Origin: Marsupella aquatica
Taxonomy: Eukaryota; Plantae; Marchantiophyta
NCBI GenBank assembly: GCA_973895155.1
Contig: OZ316899.1
Coordinates: 7,071,241 to 7,135,240 of the forward strand
Length of the DNA: 64,000 bases
Direction: 5' to 3'
This document shows, in pieces, positions 36,748-49,215 of the stretch; the first letter of the stretch is position 1, and each line of letters opens with the position of its first letter. A program made the position numbers and the translations under genes. Below the pieces are notes generated by a model that had not been told where the DNA came from, did no database searches, and saw only the letters and a program-made list of their open reading frames with translations.

Positions 36748-39700
36748 TCAACTAAAAAGCCATGCGTCTGGATGAGTAACCCACCTAAGACGTTCCTGAC
36801 GGACTAATTCTTTGACTCGCAGTAATCTAGTATGTTTTCTACTGGGACCCGAGGCTTCACAGAGGCCATGCAAGGAGTCTAACATATCTGAAAGGAGTAG
36901 ATTCAGATTAAACCTTCTACTGTTGACACGATTAAAAAGCTGCTCATTCCGTGCCAGCCAGAGAGTCCACAGCACGTGGTAAACCACAAAGACCCGAATG
37001 GTTCTCTCAATTTTGGTGCATCCAGTGACTTCCAAGACAGAGAATAAATTCAAATGTCTCCAAGAAGTGGCTCCCGGAAAAATCCACCCAGCTAGCTGCC
37101 AGCACCTCTTAGCGAAGGGACATGTGAAGAAAAGATGAGGAATTGTTTCAAGAACATTGGTGCACAGTAGGCAGCTTCCATCTCCTTTACCAATCTTTCT
37201 AGCTCGTGTTCCAGTGAATAACCCTTGAGCAGCTAATCTCCAAAGGAATAAGCGGCCTTTTAACGGTAAATCAGATGACCATAGAGCATTCCAGAAATTG
37301 TTCCATTCGAGGTCAGAAAAAGAAATGCTCCAAATCCCGTTGAGCCTGAGAGAATTAGAGCCTTTGGGTCGAATCAGCTGATACATACGTGCATTGGACA
37401 GGGTGAAGCTCTTCAGCCATTCATGTTTGTCAGACCAACACCATTGGGCGGCACGAGCTTGGAGATCTCCAAAGCAATCCACAGTACCTTTGATTTTGTC
37501 CACGAATGCTAAACAAAGCTCTCTTGTTGCAGCGTCAGCACCACGTATTCTTGCAATTTTAGTAGAAAAGGTTCGAACAACTGAGTCATGAGAACCATTT
37601 AAATCCGACATCGTCCTTACTCCAATCCTCCCGCACATCTTGATAATGGAGAAAATCATGTCATCCTGTAGGTGCTGAAAACCTTCTAGGCATCTCACAA
37701 CATCCTCCACGCTCCACCAGCATGCCATGCCAGAAACGCCCGGTGAGAGTATACGGTGCAGCCGAAGAGACTCCCAAGCCTTCCACAAACTACCCGTGTA
37801 AAAGAGACAGCCAAAAGAACGAGGGTAATAGAGCAATAGTCAATCAGAGAGAGAGTATCTATTTCTCCTGATGCGCTTAGCATTCCTCCATTTTGCCAAT
37901 CTCAAATTTTCCCCAAAAAGCCTAGCCCATTCAAAGACTTGCGAATCCAGAGCACGGGTGAACCATTGATAGAGTAAAGCATGAGAGTGACTACGAAAGT
38001 CCTTAAACCCAAGGCCACCGTCCACCATAGGCCGTGCCATCGTCTTCCACGCTACCAGGGGAATTTTCCGTCCACCATTCTCATTATATCCCCAAAGGAA
38101 GTTACGGCAGAGAGTCACCAAAGTCTTAGCCAAAGAGTTGGAGCTTCTGAGGAACATCATATGATAGATAGGAATAGCTTGCAATACATGCTTAACAAGA
38201 ATAGTGCGTCCTGTGAAAGAAAGAAAACGGGTGGCCCAAGCAGAAAGTCGAGAACTAATCTTGTCAAGACAGAAGGTGTGGAGTTGCAAGGAAGAAAGGT
38301 CCCATCCCATAGGCGCACCAAGGTATCTTTGAATTTCCCCTTTCCCGCTGATCTTGCAACCAGTGTTAACCAGCCATTCCGGAATCTCCTCCAACGCAAG
38401 TGGAATGACAGTAGACTTACGTAAGTTGAGCCGAGCACCAGATGCAAGTTCGTAACAAGCAATTGCTTCCGTGACCTTATTGAAATCTTCTTCAGATGCA
38501 GGAATGAACAATCCAAGATCATCTGCAAATAATCTGTAACAGATCATGAGGGCCTCAAAGATTTGAATACCTCTCAGTCGTCCATGCAGAATCTCCTGAT
38601 CCAAATAGTCCATGAGAGGTTGAGTAGCAATCGCAAATAAAAGAGGAGATAACGGGCAACCTTGACGGACACCACGGAGCAACTGGATTTCCTTCGAGAA
38701 CATGCCATTCAAATGAACCTTGGAGCCCGCGCCAGTGAGTAAGGATCTCACTAAACTAATGTAGTGACTACCGAGTCCAAGCAAATGCATAGCTTCCCAG
38801 ATGTAGGAGTGGCAGACTCTGTCGAAGGCCTTCTCAAAGTCCAACATAAGAAAAAGAGAGCTTTTCTTGTTAACTCGTATCCAGTCGACAGTCAGCCAGG
38901 CAACCGAGATGTTTTCTAAAATGTGCCTGCTCGGAATGAATCCAGTTTGCTGAGGACTAATAAGCTTGTGTATAAGTGGTTTAAGGCGTAAAGCCAAGAT
39001 CTTAGCCACAACCTTGTAGATGGTATTGAGCATAGTAAGAGGGCGCCAGTCCTTCAAACATCTTTTATTGGGTTTCTTCGGGATCAATTTGATCACACCT
39101 TCCTTCATGTTAGCCAAAAATTTTCCTGTTCTCAAGAAATCCAGAATCATCTCATAAATGTCTTCTTTCATAAAGTGCCAACAAGATCTGTACACTTTGG
39201 CAGTGATACCATCAGGTCCCGGTGCTTTGTCAGCCGGAAGTAACCAAAGAGTAGAACGAATCTCCTCCATCGATGGGGGGGATTCCAGTTGCCTAATTTC
39301 AGCTGCCGTAAGCGACTTACCAGTGTTAGCAAAGAGTTTGCGTCTAGCTTCTCTAACTTCAAACAAAGTACTAAAAGCCAAATCCTCCGGCGCCTCGTAA
39401 AGAGCACAATATTGTTTTTCTACTTCTTTCAGAATACTATCCTCTTGAGTTAATATGTCGCCATTATCAAGAAGTAGTATAGACATGTTTTCTCTGAGTC
39501 TTTTAGCCTTGACCGTAGCAAAGTAGAACTTAGATGGTGCGTCTCCCTGCCCCAGCCATTTGATCCGTGAGAGTCTCCTGCCCATTTGTGCCTCTTCATG
39601 TTCAGCTATTCTTACCTGATCGTCCACAGTAGCAAAATCAGCGATGTCTGATTCAGATAGTGAACTAATAAGGGCTACCTTAAGTGTTCGCAGACGATTC

Positions 39701-40668
39701 CTCAAGAGAGAGATTTCCACCTCTCGGGCAAGTGGTGCGGATTGTAATTCCTTGTATTTTTCCCGCAGCCTTAAACTAGCCAGATAAAAACAAAGGTGAG
39801 GATCCACCACCCGATCTTCTTGCACCTCCCATGCACCACAAAGTTTTTCCAAACAACCTTCAACTCTGAGCAGCCCCACATTGGCCTTGAAATAGGAGGA
39901 CTAGTGTGAGGTCGTTCCCAACTCCACATTAGAAAGACGGAAGTGAAGAACGATAGGATCGTGATCCAAAAGTGCAGATCCTCCTTCGTGACAAAGTTCT
40001 ACAACCGAATCTGTCCACCAGCTTTTTCCACTAAGGTAAAATCGGTCAAGTCTAGACTGCACCACAGACCCATTAATTTTCCGTCGCCAAGTGAAGTTTG
40101 CGCCACGAAAGCTCCGAGTAACACCAATAGCGTCCTCCAAATCAAGTCTCATTTTAAAAAACCTCCAGAATTCTGCCTCCCTTCCTCTGATCAGTGGCGA
40201 TGAACCAGACGAATCATTTCTGCTTTCAGTCATATTGAAATCCCCACAGATAATCCAGTTGTCGTGAGGAAGGGATATTTTGAGTTCATGCCACAGTAGA
40301 GCACGGTCTTGAGGGAGATTAGGTGCATACACACTTACTAGACCGAAGTTTCCCAAAGGGTGAGAAACACGCACCCACACAGCGCGGCCTTTGTCTACTA
40401 CTCCAGATTGAGTGATAGAAATAGAGGGGTGAATAAGTAACAAAGTACCCCCGCATTTGTCATCTGGCTCAGCAGATAAATATTGATAGGAAGGTAGAAT
40501 CAACCGAAGCGCTAGACCTAGTCTAAAACTATCAGCTTTAACCTCTTGTAAAGCTAAGGCAGTCAATGTGGTCGTGAGCGAAATAATCCAAATTTTCACC
40601 ACATGTTTCCTGTTCGATTCGCACAGACCACAGACATTCCATGAAGCTATATACAATTCATTATCCAT
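36748..40668 (-). pseudogene. LINE-a ORF2: APE endonuclease, reverse transcriptase and zf-RVT-type C-terminus, with two in-frame stops
   Basis: ORFs 39901..40806, 37840..39879 and 36748..37836 share one frame. Endonuclease motifs IASWNVCGL, ALQE, ICGDFN, SRLDRFY, LDHDPI. RT motifs KAPGPDG, WRPLTMLN, LDFEKAFD, GVRQGCPLSP, LFADD, YLG. C-terminal CLLC...HLFFTC. Likely start MDNELY at 40668. Confidence 0.93.
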
Positions 40669-40795
40669 TTTAGTTTTCAAAATGTTCTTCCAACTCTCGT
40701 AAGAATCAGGAAACGAGAGAGGCCATCCCAACAGAAAATGCAGATCAGCAGATAAGCAGATCCTGAAGAAAGCCCAAAACAGATTCTCGAAGCAC

Positions 40796-43700
40796 TTATT
40801 TGGCATGGCGCCCCGGGGAAGTCGGGATGACCGAATTGGAGTTAGCAGCCGAGCGCGTCCGCATTAAAGAGTCCGAAGTAGGAGGTTCCCGAGCAGGGTA
40901 ATGGAGAGAGCGTCCCTTCTTGTTGTCATCCTTTTTGTCCTTCTTCTTCTGGTCGGTAGGTGGAGTTCAAAGTTCTAGTTTTCTTGCTTGCTCCTTCTTT
41001 GACTGGCTCTTAGAAATATATTCCTCATATTCTGACATCTCTATATCAGATCCACCCCGCAGAGAAGCCTCCTCAACATCAGTGGCAGGTTGAATATCCA
41101 TGTAATCTGTGTTTGAAGTTGGCTCCACTGCAAGAGAGGAAGGGCTCGGTACAACAACTAGGGAGTCCTGCTTGTCGATTTCTGCTGCTCCATGCTTCCT
41201 CAAAGCCTGCGAATCAGATATTCTCTCTATAGCAGGCCAATCCACTGCGCCAGGGATAACATCCTATGAACTATGATCTTCAAAGAGAGCATTGTCTCTG
41301 AGAAGCGAAGCAAAATTTCCAGTGGAACAATCAGCCAGGGGAGTCGGAAGGATGGTGGTAGAAGGAGAAGATTCTTCAATCCCCACCGGAGTGCCAATAC
41401 TGGGAGAACGCACTTTATCAATCAAAACAGCAGTCGGGGACAAAGTCTGATTTTGATTCAAAGGTGACCTGGGGCTAATAACACTATCCCCTCTAGAAAG
41501 GGCAATGATATTACCAATGTTAAGGGTATTTTGTAATATAGTACATTAGTTAGAAATAATAATAAAATTATAAATTTTGAACTTTTTCTGAGTCAAAGGT
41601 GCAGTATAGCTACCTTTTGTAGCAATTTAGATCAACTGAACACTTTACCTAATGTCATGCTACACCGAAGACTACTTCCTGTTCTGGATCTTGAACGACA
41701 GCGGAAGTCTTTACCTTTCATCGGCATCACACTCAAGACATGGATGTAATTCAAGAAGCTATGCAAGAGAATACCTACACAAGAGTTCAGCAACCAGACC
41801 AGACAGCACTACTCCAACAAGATTAGTTCTCCCACGACAATAGTTAAGATCAGTCGATCTCTGCAATTTTAGTTAAATAGTTAAAGTAGTTAGAAAAGTC
41901 TCATACTTTTCCAGGAGATAGCCCTTATGTAGTAGAATCTCCCCTGAAAGTATCGACCAAAACCGACATATAGTTTAGAAGATATGACATTTTTAGTTTT
42001 GTAAAAAGCGTGAGTGCGCAAAGGTGCAACGGCGCTAGTGCTCCAAAGCGCAAAGGCGCAACGGCGTCTCCAACACTTAGAAAAATTTCCGGAAAATGTA
42101 TTTTTTTTATCCGACAGCACTTTTCACCGATTTTATTAAGGCACTTAGACACCTCAGAAAAGTCTAAAATTTTGTCAGCATGTAGCATGTATATAAATCT
42201 TCCACCTAGAAAAGTTTCACCCCATTTTGACTTCTATGTTAGAAATTAAAATTCCGATAAACTCATTATTTATTAGTTTTACCACAAAAGTACAAAAACA
42301 CTTTTACTCCAGTTTACACTAGGGATAACTTTTGGTTAGTTTTTCATTCCAGCAACATTCTAGTGAACCTTGAGTACTCCTGTAGCATATTTTCATATTT
42401 TTTACTTTAGTTTATGACCCTTAAGATATGAAAGGGCATGTCCTTTCATTATCTCTTTTCCCCTTTAGTTTCTGCTAGCCTATATGTAGTAGAGTTTTTG
42501 CCACTTTTTGTGTGAAGAAATTTCATGAGCGCTCAGTTGCAAGATTGCAACTTTGTTACCTCCATTTGTAGCAAGCACTCCATTGCATATGAGTACTTAA
42601 TACAAAGGAATTCTTCCCCCTTCAAGTCTAAATGAATGAGAAGTTTGGACCCTTGAAGTAAAATTATTGTGATTGTTAAATTTTTTGAGTATGTGGAAAT
42701 AGATTCCTTGCTGGTAATGTTTCACATATTCCTTAGTTCTTGATGCATAGTTTTTGGCGTGACATTGCTTGTGCACGGGATGCAAAGATTGTTACTTATC
42801 AATTACTTATGGCTTCAAATTTGATTATGATGGTGTCTCTTATTTGTGACACAAAGTACCGATTGGATACAGAAGTGATTGATTACTAGTCTCCACTCAG
42901 TACCTTGGAAGGAAAAGTTGAGACATGTTGACGGCATTTTAGTAATCATCCTAGTATCGTAATCCTTTCCAGAAATGTTCTTGCGGATATACCACTTAAA
43001 TCATATCAAATGAAGTTATGTTGAGGAGTCACCTTGGTTGTTTCCTAACTCCCTCACCATACCTCAGGATTTTTATTGTGTTTTATTAATTGTTTCCATT
43101 TTGTTAATTTTATTTTTAATGTCAAGCAGACATTTAAAACTATGCCTTGATGAGCAACCATAGTAAAAGGCTCAACCTTTGTGTTTTTGGTTACCTTATT
43201 CATTCATAAGTGCTAAATCATAGAAAATCATTCCTTACATGTTCTTCCATGGGAACGAATACCGAGTTTTGGATCTTAAATGTTTATTTATGTCCCTAGT
43301 GTGATACTACATATTTCTCTCAACCGTAGGATCAAGAGGATCGACCCCTGGAGGGCTAGTAGCCGAAGATCCCCTAGGCGCGCCAGCACCAGCTGTCGCA
43401 AGGACCTCTTCCGGTGCCCGAGGAGAGGGACCCAAAGGGACCCCCCCAGACTCAACGTGAATAGAGTCAGAGGACCAAGGAACCACCCTGTCAGAAGCAT
43501 ACGTCTCGTCCGCCTCATTGTGTGTCCTATCTGGTTCAGGTTCGTCGTTTTTAATCTCCTTTGTTTCAAAGGCTTTGCACTGTCTGGCTAAATGGCCCTG
43601 TTCATTACATCTAAAACAATGGTAGGGAATGTTCTTGAACGTGACTGGCTGCCAGATAGTGATATCATCGGTGATCTCGATTCCAACACTTTGAGGGATC

Positions 43701-44911
43701 TCGTGACACGTATCCCAAAGTATACATGCACGATCATGAGGAAACGAGCTTCGAACGTCTCCCTGGATATAATAAAGGAGTTTCCCAGGGGATTCCGCAA
43801 TTCTTTTCCGACAACCTTCAAGAACCAGAGCACAGAAAGGGATCTCAATCCAGACAGGTAATTTGGTGTAAGTTTCACTTCGCACATCAAAAGAAGGCTC
43901 CCACGGGAAAGTGTGGACAAATTTCCGATCCATGAAAAATGGGGCCAGCTCTAAAGTTGCATCTCTGTGTTCCGGGTGAACAAACAAAATCATGTAAAAC
44001 TTCTTGCCCACAAATTTAATCTGCGAAACCGGCCAACCCATGTCGTTGATGAAGATGCCTTCAACCCAATCACGAAAGACTGGAAGCAGAGGAGCGCGGT
44101 CAGTGAAGTAGCACATCATGGTGCAATTGTAGAGCTCCAAAACTGAAAGGGCCGCCTCATCGAATGACCACTTGAAAGTAGTGTGGAGCTTATTCGGCCA
44201 ATCTTCCCTGGAATTGTTCGAGATTGTCTTCAGAATATCCAAACATGCTTCTGAATTTTCCCCAAAAAAGTCGTTGTGTTCATGGATGGGAGCAAACGTG
44301 TTCGAGTGAGCCTGTTGACGGCTGGAAGTAGGTTCAACATTGTTTTCCAATCCCCTGTAATTCCTCGATATTCCAAGATCAAGATCTCTACGTTCACCCC
44401 AGCGCTCACATGAAGATTCAGGCTGCACAGGGTCATTCCGGCGATCTCCAGAGACAGGGTGAGGTCCCAAGTGAGGAGCAGCATCCGCACCCGGCGGGGA
44501 AGCAAGAGGTCTCTCCTCAACGACAACAACTTCTTGAAAATCTGCATCCATTTGATCAGCCCACGAAGGACCATTTCTAGGAATGAATCGAGAAATCCTT
44601 GGAGGCTGTTCAGCTGGTGGTCTTCGGTCATGCTTTGCCGAGTTGTCAAAAAGGTCGTAGGGTGCATTCTTTGGTCCTCCGCGCGCATCCTGCATAGAGA
44701 ATCTACTGGGCACATTTCCTCCTATACCCCTCCTGATTTCATCTCCATCACGTGTATTACCCCCCTCAGACAAGGGTGAGCCATCATTCCTCCAAGAAGT
44801 GCCATACCGATTCCTGCCAAATCCTCTTCCAGACGAAGCAGCACCGAGTCTACCAGGCCCTCGACCGGCATATGCACGAGTATCCATTCCAGTGCGCCAA
44901 TTGTAATCCAT
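40796..44911 (-). pseudogene. LINE-a ORF1, copy 2
   Basis: Duplicate of 3523..7638 with one V/A difference. Confidence 0.85.
41518..43325. mobile_element. Probable solo LTR in LINE ORF1, copy 2
   Basis: Duplicate of 4245..6052. Confidence 0.6.
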
Positions 44912-45232
44912 AGTTCAATGTTGCTTCAGAATAGGGAGCGCAAAGGATCCAAGGACCGTAACGAATGTATGTGTTGAGACTACCAAGACCAGAGACTCCG
45001 CTACAGCATCATCCTACCTCAAATGCTCAGAAGTTAGTCTGAATGCAATCTATCACAGCGAAAAAGGTGTCGAGAAAAAGCTCTGACGCTACTGGATCCA
45101 ATGAGACCGACAACGTATTTACCAAAAATCTTAAACTTGTGTAAACCCGGAACGCAAATGTGAGATGCTCAAGCTCTCACCGCTCTCACCGCTCTTCTCC
45201 GCTCCTTCAGCTCTGTACTCAGCATCTTGTTC

Positions 45233-47428
45233 AGCAAGTGCAAGTTTGCGATGAACAAGATTAAGTTCCTCGGCCATACCTTTACCCCGAAGGGATTACG
45301 CCTAGTCAGGACAAACTTAAGGAGATCAAAGAATGGGAGCGCCCGTCCAATGTAAGGCAGGTTAGAGCCTTCTTAGGGTTTATGGGGTTCTATTGGAGAT
45401 ACATGAAAGACTATGCGAGGATCGCGAGGCCCCTAAACGAGCTAACGTTGAAAAACAAAGTGTTTGTGTGGACACAAGATTGTGAGTTAACATTCCTGGA
45501 ACTTAAGCGGCTAATGATAACGCCGCTAGTTCTAAAGTTACCTGAGATGGGGAAGCCATTCGAGATTTGGATAGGCACAAGTGATTACACCATTGGCGCC
45601 TGTCTTCACCAAGATGGGCGTCCTGTGGCCTTTGAGTCATGTAAGTTGGAAAATCATTGGATCACACCGGAAAGGGAAATGTATGTTGTGATCTATGCGT
45701 TGAAGAAGTGGGAGATTTACCTTAAGAACGGTCCCAAAGTGGTAATTCACACAGATAGCTCGCCGGCAGGGTATTTCAGTTCTAAGCCAAGACTGAACCC
45801 CAAGGAAATGCGCTGGCAGATGTTCTTGGCGGATTTTGATTTCAAAGTCCGCCATGTTCCAGGGAAGACAAATATGGCAGCGGACGCATTATTGCGTAAG
45901 GACCAACATTGTGTCAATGGGATCACGATGCTCGAATCCGAGTGGCCAAAGGTTCTGGCCGCGGCTTATGGGGATGATAGGTTAGCTAAGGAATGGCAAA
46001 GCAATGGGGGTAGGCAAGGTAAGGCACGTATCGTTGGGGTTGGATACGACGCATAATGTTCAGTTATGGCGATACAGGCAGAGGCGTGTGGACGTACCAG
46101 AGTCTCTAAGGTTAGAGGTTATGCAAAAGTACCACAACTCGCCCTAGGGAGGGCATGGAGGACAAGCCGCTACGTATCACAGCATGTCACGAGATGTGTA
46201 TTGGCCGGACATGAAGCAATCGGTCCTTCAACACGTGCAAAGTTGTTACTCGTGCCAAAAGAACCAAACGGTCTATAGGGCAAAAGGAGGACTGCTACAA
46301 CCCTTACCAGTAGCTGCGGCTCCATGGGAGTCTATCTCCATGGACTTCATTGTTGGGTTACCTGAGTCCCATGGCAGTAACTCCATATTAAAAATCGTGG
46401 ATCATTTTTCCAAGATGGGGTATTTCTTGCCTACTACGAAGATGGTTTCGGCCCGAGAGGTTGCCGGTCTAGTGTTTGACAATGTCTTCCGACAATGGGG
46501 ATTGCCATTGCATATCTTGTCCGATAGCGATACCAAGTTCACGGGCCATTTCTGGAAGGCATTATTCTGGTTATTCAGAACGGACCTGACTAGGGGATCA
46601 GCATATCATCATGAGACAGATGGCCAAACAGAACGGGTTAATGTTATCGTGGAGGATTACTTGCGTCACTTTGTGACGGCCAATCAAAAGGATTGGGCAA
46701 AGCATTTAACAATGGCCGAGTTTAGGTATAACTCGACCAAGCATTCGCCGACGGGGTTTGCGCCGTTTGTGTTGGCCACAAGGAGGACGCCAAGGGCGCC
46801 CTCCTGGTTTATAGATCCGGAAGCTTGGCGGACAAAAAGCAAGGTTCCTTCTGCGGACAATTTTATTCAAGAGCGGCGCCTAGTTGTGGAAGCGGCCACC
46901 AAGGGTATGACCCTTGCCCAAAGTCGGTATAAGGAGCAAGGGGATAAACATCGATGCCAAGTAAGCTTTGAAATTAGGGAGAGCGTCTGGTTGTAGTTGA
47001 GACTTGAGAAATACCACGGGAACATAAGTAGGAAGCTGGCTCCCAGATATGCAGGGCCCTATCGCATTATACGATGGGCCCACAAGGATAATCCGGTTTT
47101 GGTGGTGTTGGAGACACCCAAGGAAATGGGCGTGGGCAAAAGCTACCATGTTAGCTGGCTCAAGAAATTTATCAAAGACAATGATCCCAACCGGGATCAA
47201 GTCTTGCGTCCGGACACGATGCTAGTAGAGGACGGTGAGGAGTTTGAGGTGGAGGCAATTCTGGACCACCGTTACAAACACAAATTGGGAAGGCAAATCT
47301 TGGAATATTTGGTGAAGTGGGCTGGCTATGACCAGGCCGAGAGTACTTGGGAACCGGAAGAAAATTTGGGTAATGCCTCAGAGATCCTTGGAAGCTATTG
47401 TAAGCAAAGCGGCCTACCGCCGTTGTGA
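45233..47428 (+). pseudogene. pol: pol 3' part: end of RT, RNase H, integrase (HHCC, DDE, GPY/F) and chromodomain
   Basis: VRAFLGFMGFYWRY, RPVAFES, EREMYVVIYALKKW, HVPGKTNMAADAL (RT/RH); CYSCQ, WESISMDFI, ILSDSD, TDGQTER, YAGPY (INT); EFEVEAILDHR...EYLVKWAGY...STWEPEENL (chromodomain). Contains stops and frameshifts. Confidence 0.93.
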
Positions 47429-47861
47429 ACTGGTACAGGCAGCTGTAGCTACCTTTGTGAGTTGTATCCTAGTTTCACTCCTCTCGGCCTCTTAAGGATA
47501 AAGTCGGATTGCGTTGGTCCTAGAGGTTGTTGGGTGGCCGATTTGCTTTTTGCGAGTGGAAGTTGATGGTGCCCACCCTACATCTGTGGGCGGGCTAGTT
47601 TGAACCAAAGGGGAGTGCCCCAAGGGGAGGACAATGGGTCCGACGAGTTTGGAGTTAGCTTACCCATTTGGACTGGCATCCTACTTTGATAAGTGGGATA
47701 GGTTGGAAATTCCTAAGTCTGGAATGTGCATATCAACCTGGTTTGCATCAGCCTTATGGGCAAACCATTTGTTACTTCATAAAAAATTTAAGGCCTAAAG
47801 TGGTCTAGGCGTGTTGGAACGTTTCCTGAGGTCACGCAGACGTGACCATTTTAAAGGGGGG

Positions 47862-49215
47862 TGCAAGTCGCGGAACTCGACTACCTTAACACTTAGCTCC
47901 GGCATCGCTGACTCCGACGCCGAGCTCCCTTATGGTCCAGGCCCGGATAGGCCAGCCGGGGAGGACTTAGCATGGGGAGGCTTGTGGGCAATGAGACGTG
48001 GCACTAGCGAGGCAAGGAGCCAAGCTGGGGACACACACTAAGGATTTGGACTAGCTGATAGCTGGTCGGGTCAAGGAGAAATGTGCCGAGCTCAAGGATG
48101 GCCATCCGAACCTCCGGATGGACTTTGAGTTTTGAGGGCTTGGGTGTGAGCTCCTCTTGGGCCCAAGGCCAATGGAGTTGACGCCATGGGCAACGGACGC
48201 TTGGGGCGCAAGATATGGCTCGATCCGGGTTGGGCCGGTCGGGGGCCCTGAGTGGCGATGAGACCTGAGGGCCTAGGCATGAGCACTGGGTTGGCCCGAT
48301 CACAACAGGCTAAGGCACTCCACTTGCGGATGCCTAACGAGAAAGTTATGGGCGTTGCCAGTTGGTGGCGCGCCCATTATGCGCGATAGGATCCGGGTTG
48401 GGGGCCAAATGTTTAGGGACCAAAGCTGGTCCGGGGGTGGCAGGTCTCCATAAGCATATATGAGGGGAGTGGTGTCTCCCTGGGGCTATGGGCAAGCCGA
48501 AGTCGTGAGCCACGGTGATCGCGACACTAAGAGAAACCGTCAAACGGAAATGGCGATATCTTCCCAATGGGAAGTCCGTTGGAGGACTTCTTGGGTGTGT
48601 TGGAAAGATCTTCAGGAGGGCTATGCCCTCCTGAGATCAGCTGGGTCTGGGGGTACCTTGGGGTCTTGGGGTTTGCGGGTGTTAACTCGCCTACTTGCCA
48701 AATCCTGCCGAACAGCAGCCAAGCCACGTTCAGTCTCCCAAGGGAACTTGCGTTGGGGAGGAAAGGCCAAGTAGGTGTGGAGGTTGAGGCCCAAGAGCGT
48801 TTGGCCCCTAGACCATCAGTGAGGTGAACCGGGAGTGGATTCTAGCGTCGGGGCCATTCTGGTCCCGGTGTGTTGGGACAAGCTTGGGACAAGCTTGGGA
48901 CAAGCTTTAGGACAAGCTACGCTATTTGGGCCATGAGCATGTCCTGAGGTCAGGGCGGTTAGTTGGTGATGGATAGGTACAAGGGGGAACCCGGCCGCGC
49001 CCAAGGAAGGAGTTGTTCTGAAAGAACAATGGGCGTGGGTTCTGGTTCCGGCTTATGGCATCGGGAGGACCTATTGCTGACCTATTTACCAACGTCTATT
49101 GAGCTTGAGTTAGGATGCTAGACTTGGTGAGGTGGTGGTGTCAACACATCAGGCGTTCGGGCACCAAGGCGTGAGTGTTGGGATTGGTGAGGGCGCTGGG
49201 TGGCAAGGTCCACCA
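47862..49215 (+). repeat. 3' LTR of element A, copy 2
   Basis: Duplicate of 10589..11942. Confidence 0.88.

Larger units (their letters stand above)
36558..45232 (-). mobile_element. Full-length L1-clade LINE (LINE-a) inserted into the chromovirus RT
   Basis: Poly(A) tail reads as a T-run at 36555-36571. 15-bp TSD AGCAAGTGCAAGTTT at 36543-36557 and 45233-45247. Contains a 5' UTR, ORF1 with CCHC knuckle and ORF2 with APE, RT and C-terminal Cys motif. Removing it restores gypsy RT LFAKPSKCKF|AMNKIKFLGH. Confidence 0.95.
32378..49215 (+). mobile_element. Ty3/gypsy chromovirus element A (decayed; 5' LTR truncated; LINE-a inside RT)
   Basis: Order is LTR, PBS, gag, PR, RT, RNase H, INT, chromodomain, PPT, LTR, which is diagnostic of chromoviral Ty3/gypsy elements. 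Confidence 0.93.

Noticed and set aside
25302-49215. LTR B to A's 3' LTR as one intact 24-kb element
   Set aside because: The flanks do not form a TSD (GTGGT versus CTGAT) and a second LTR, PBS and gag lie inside.
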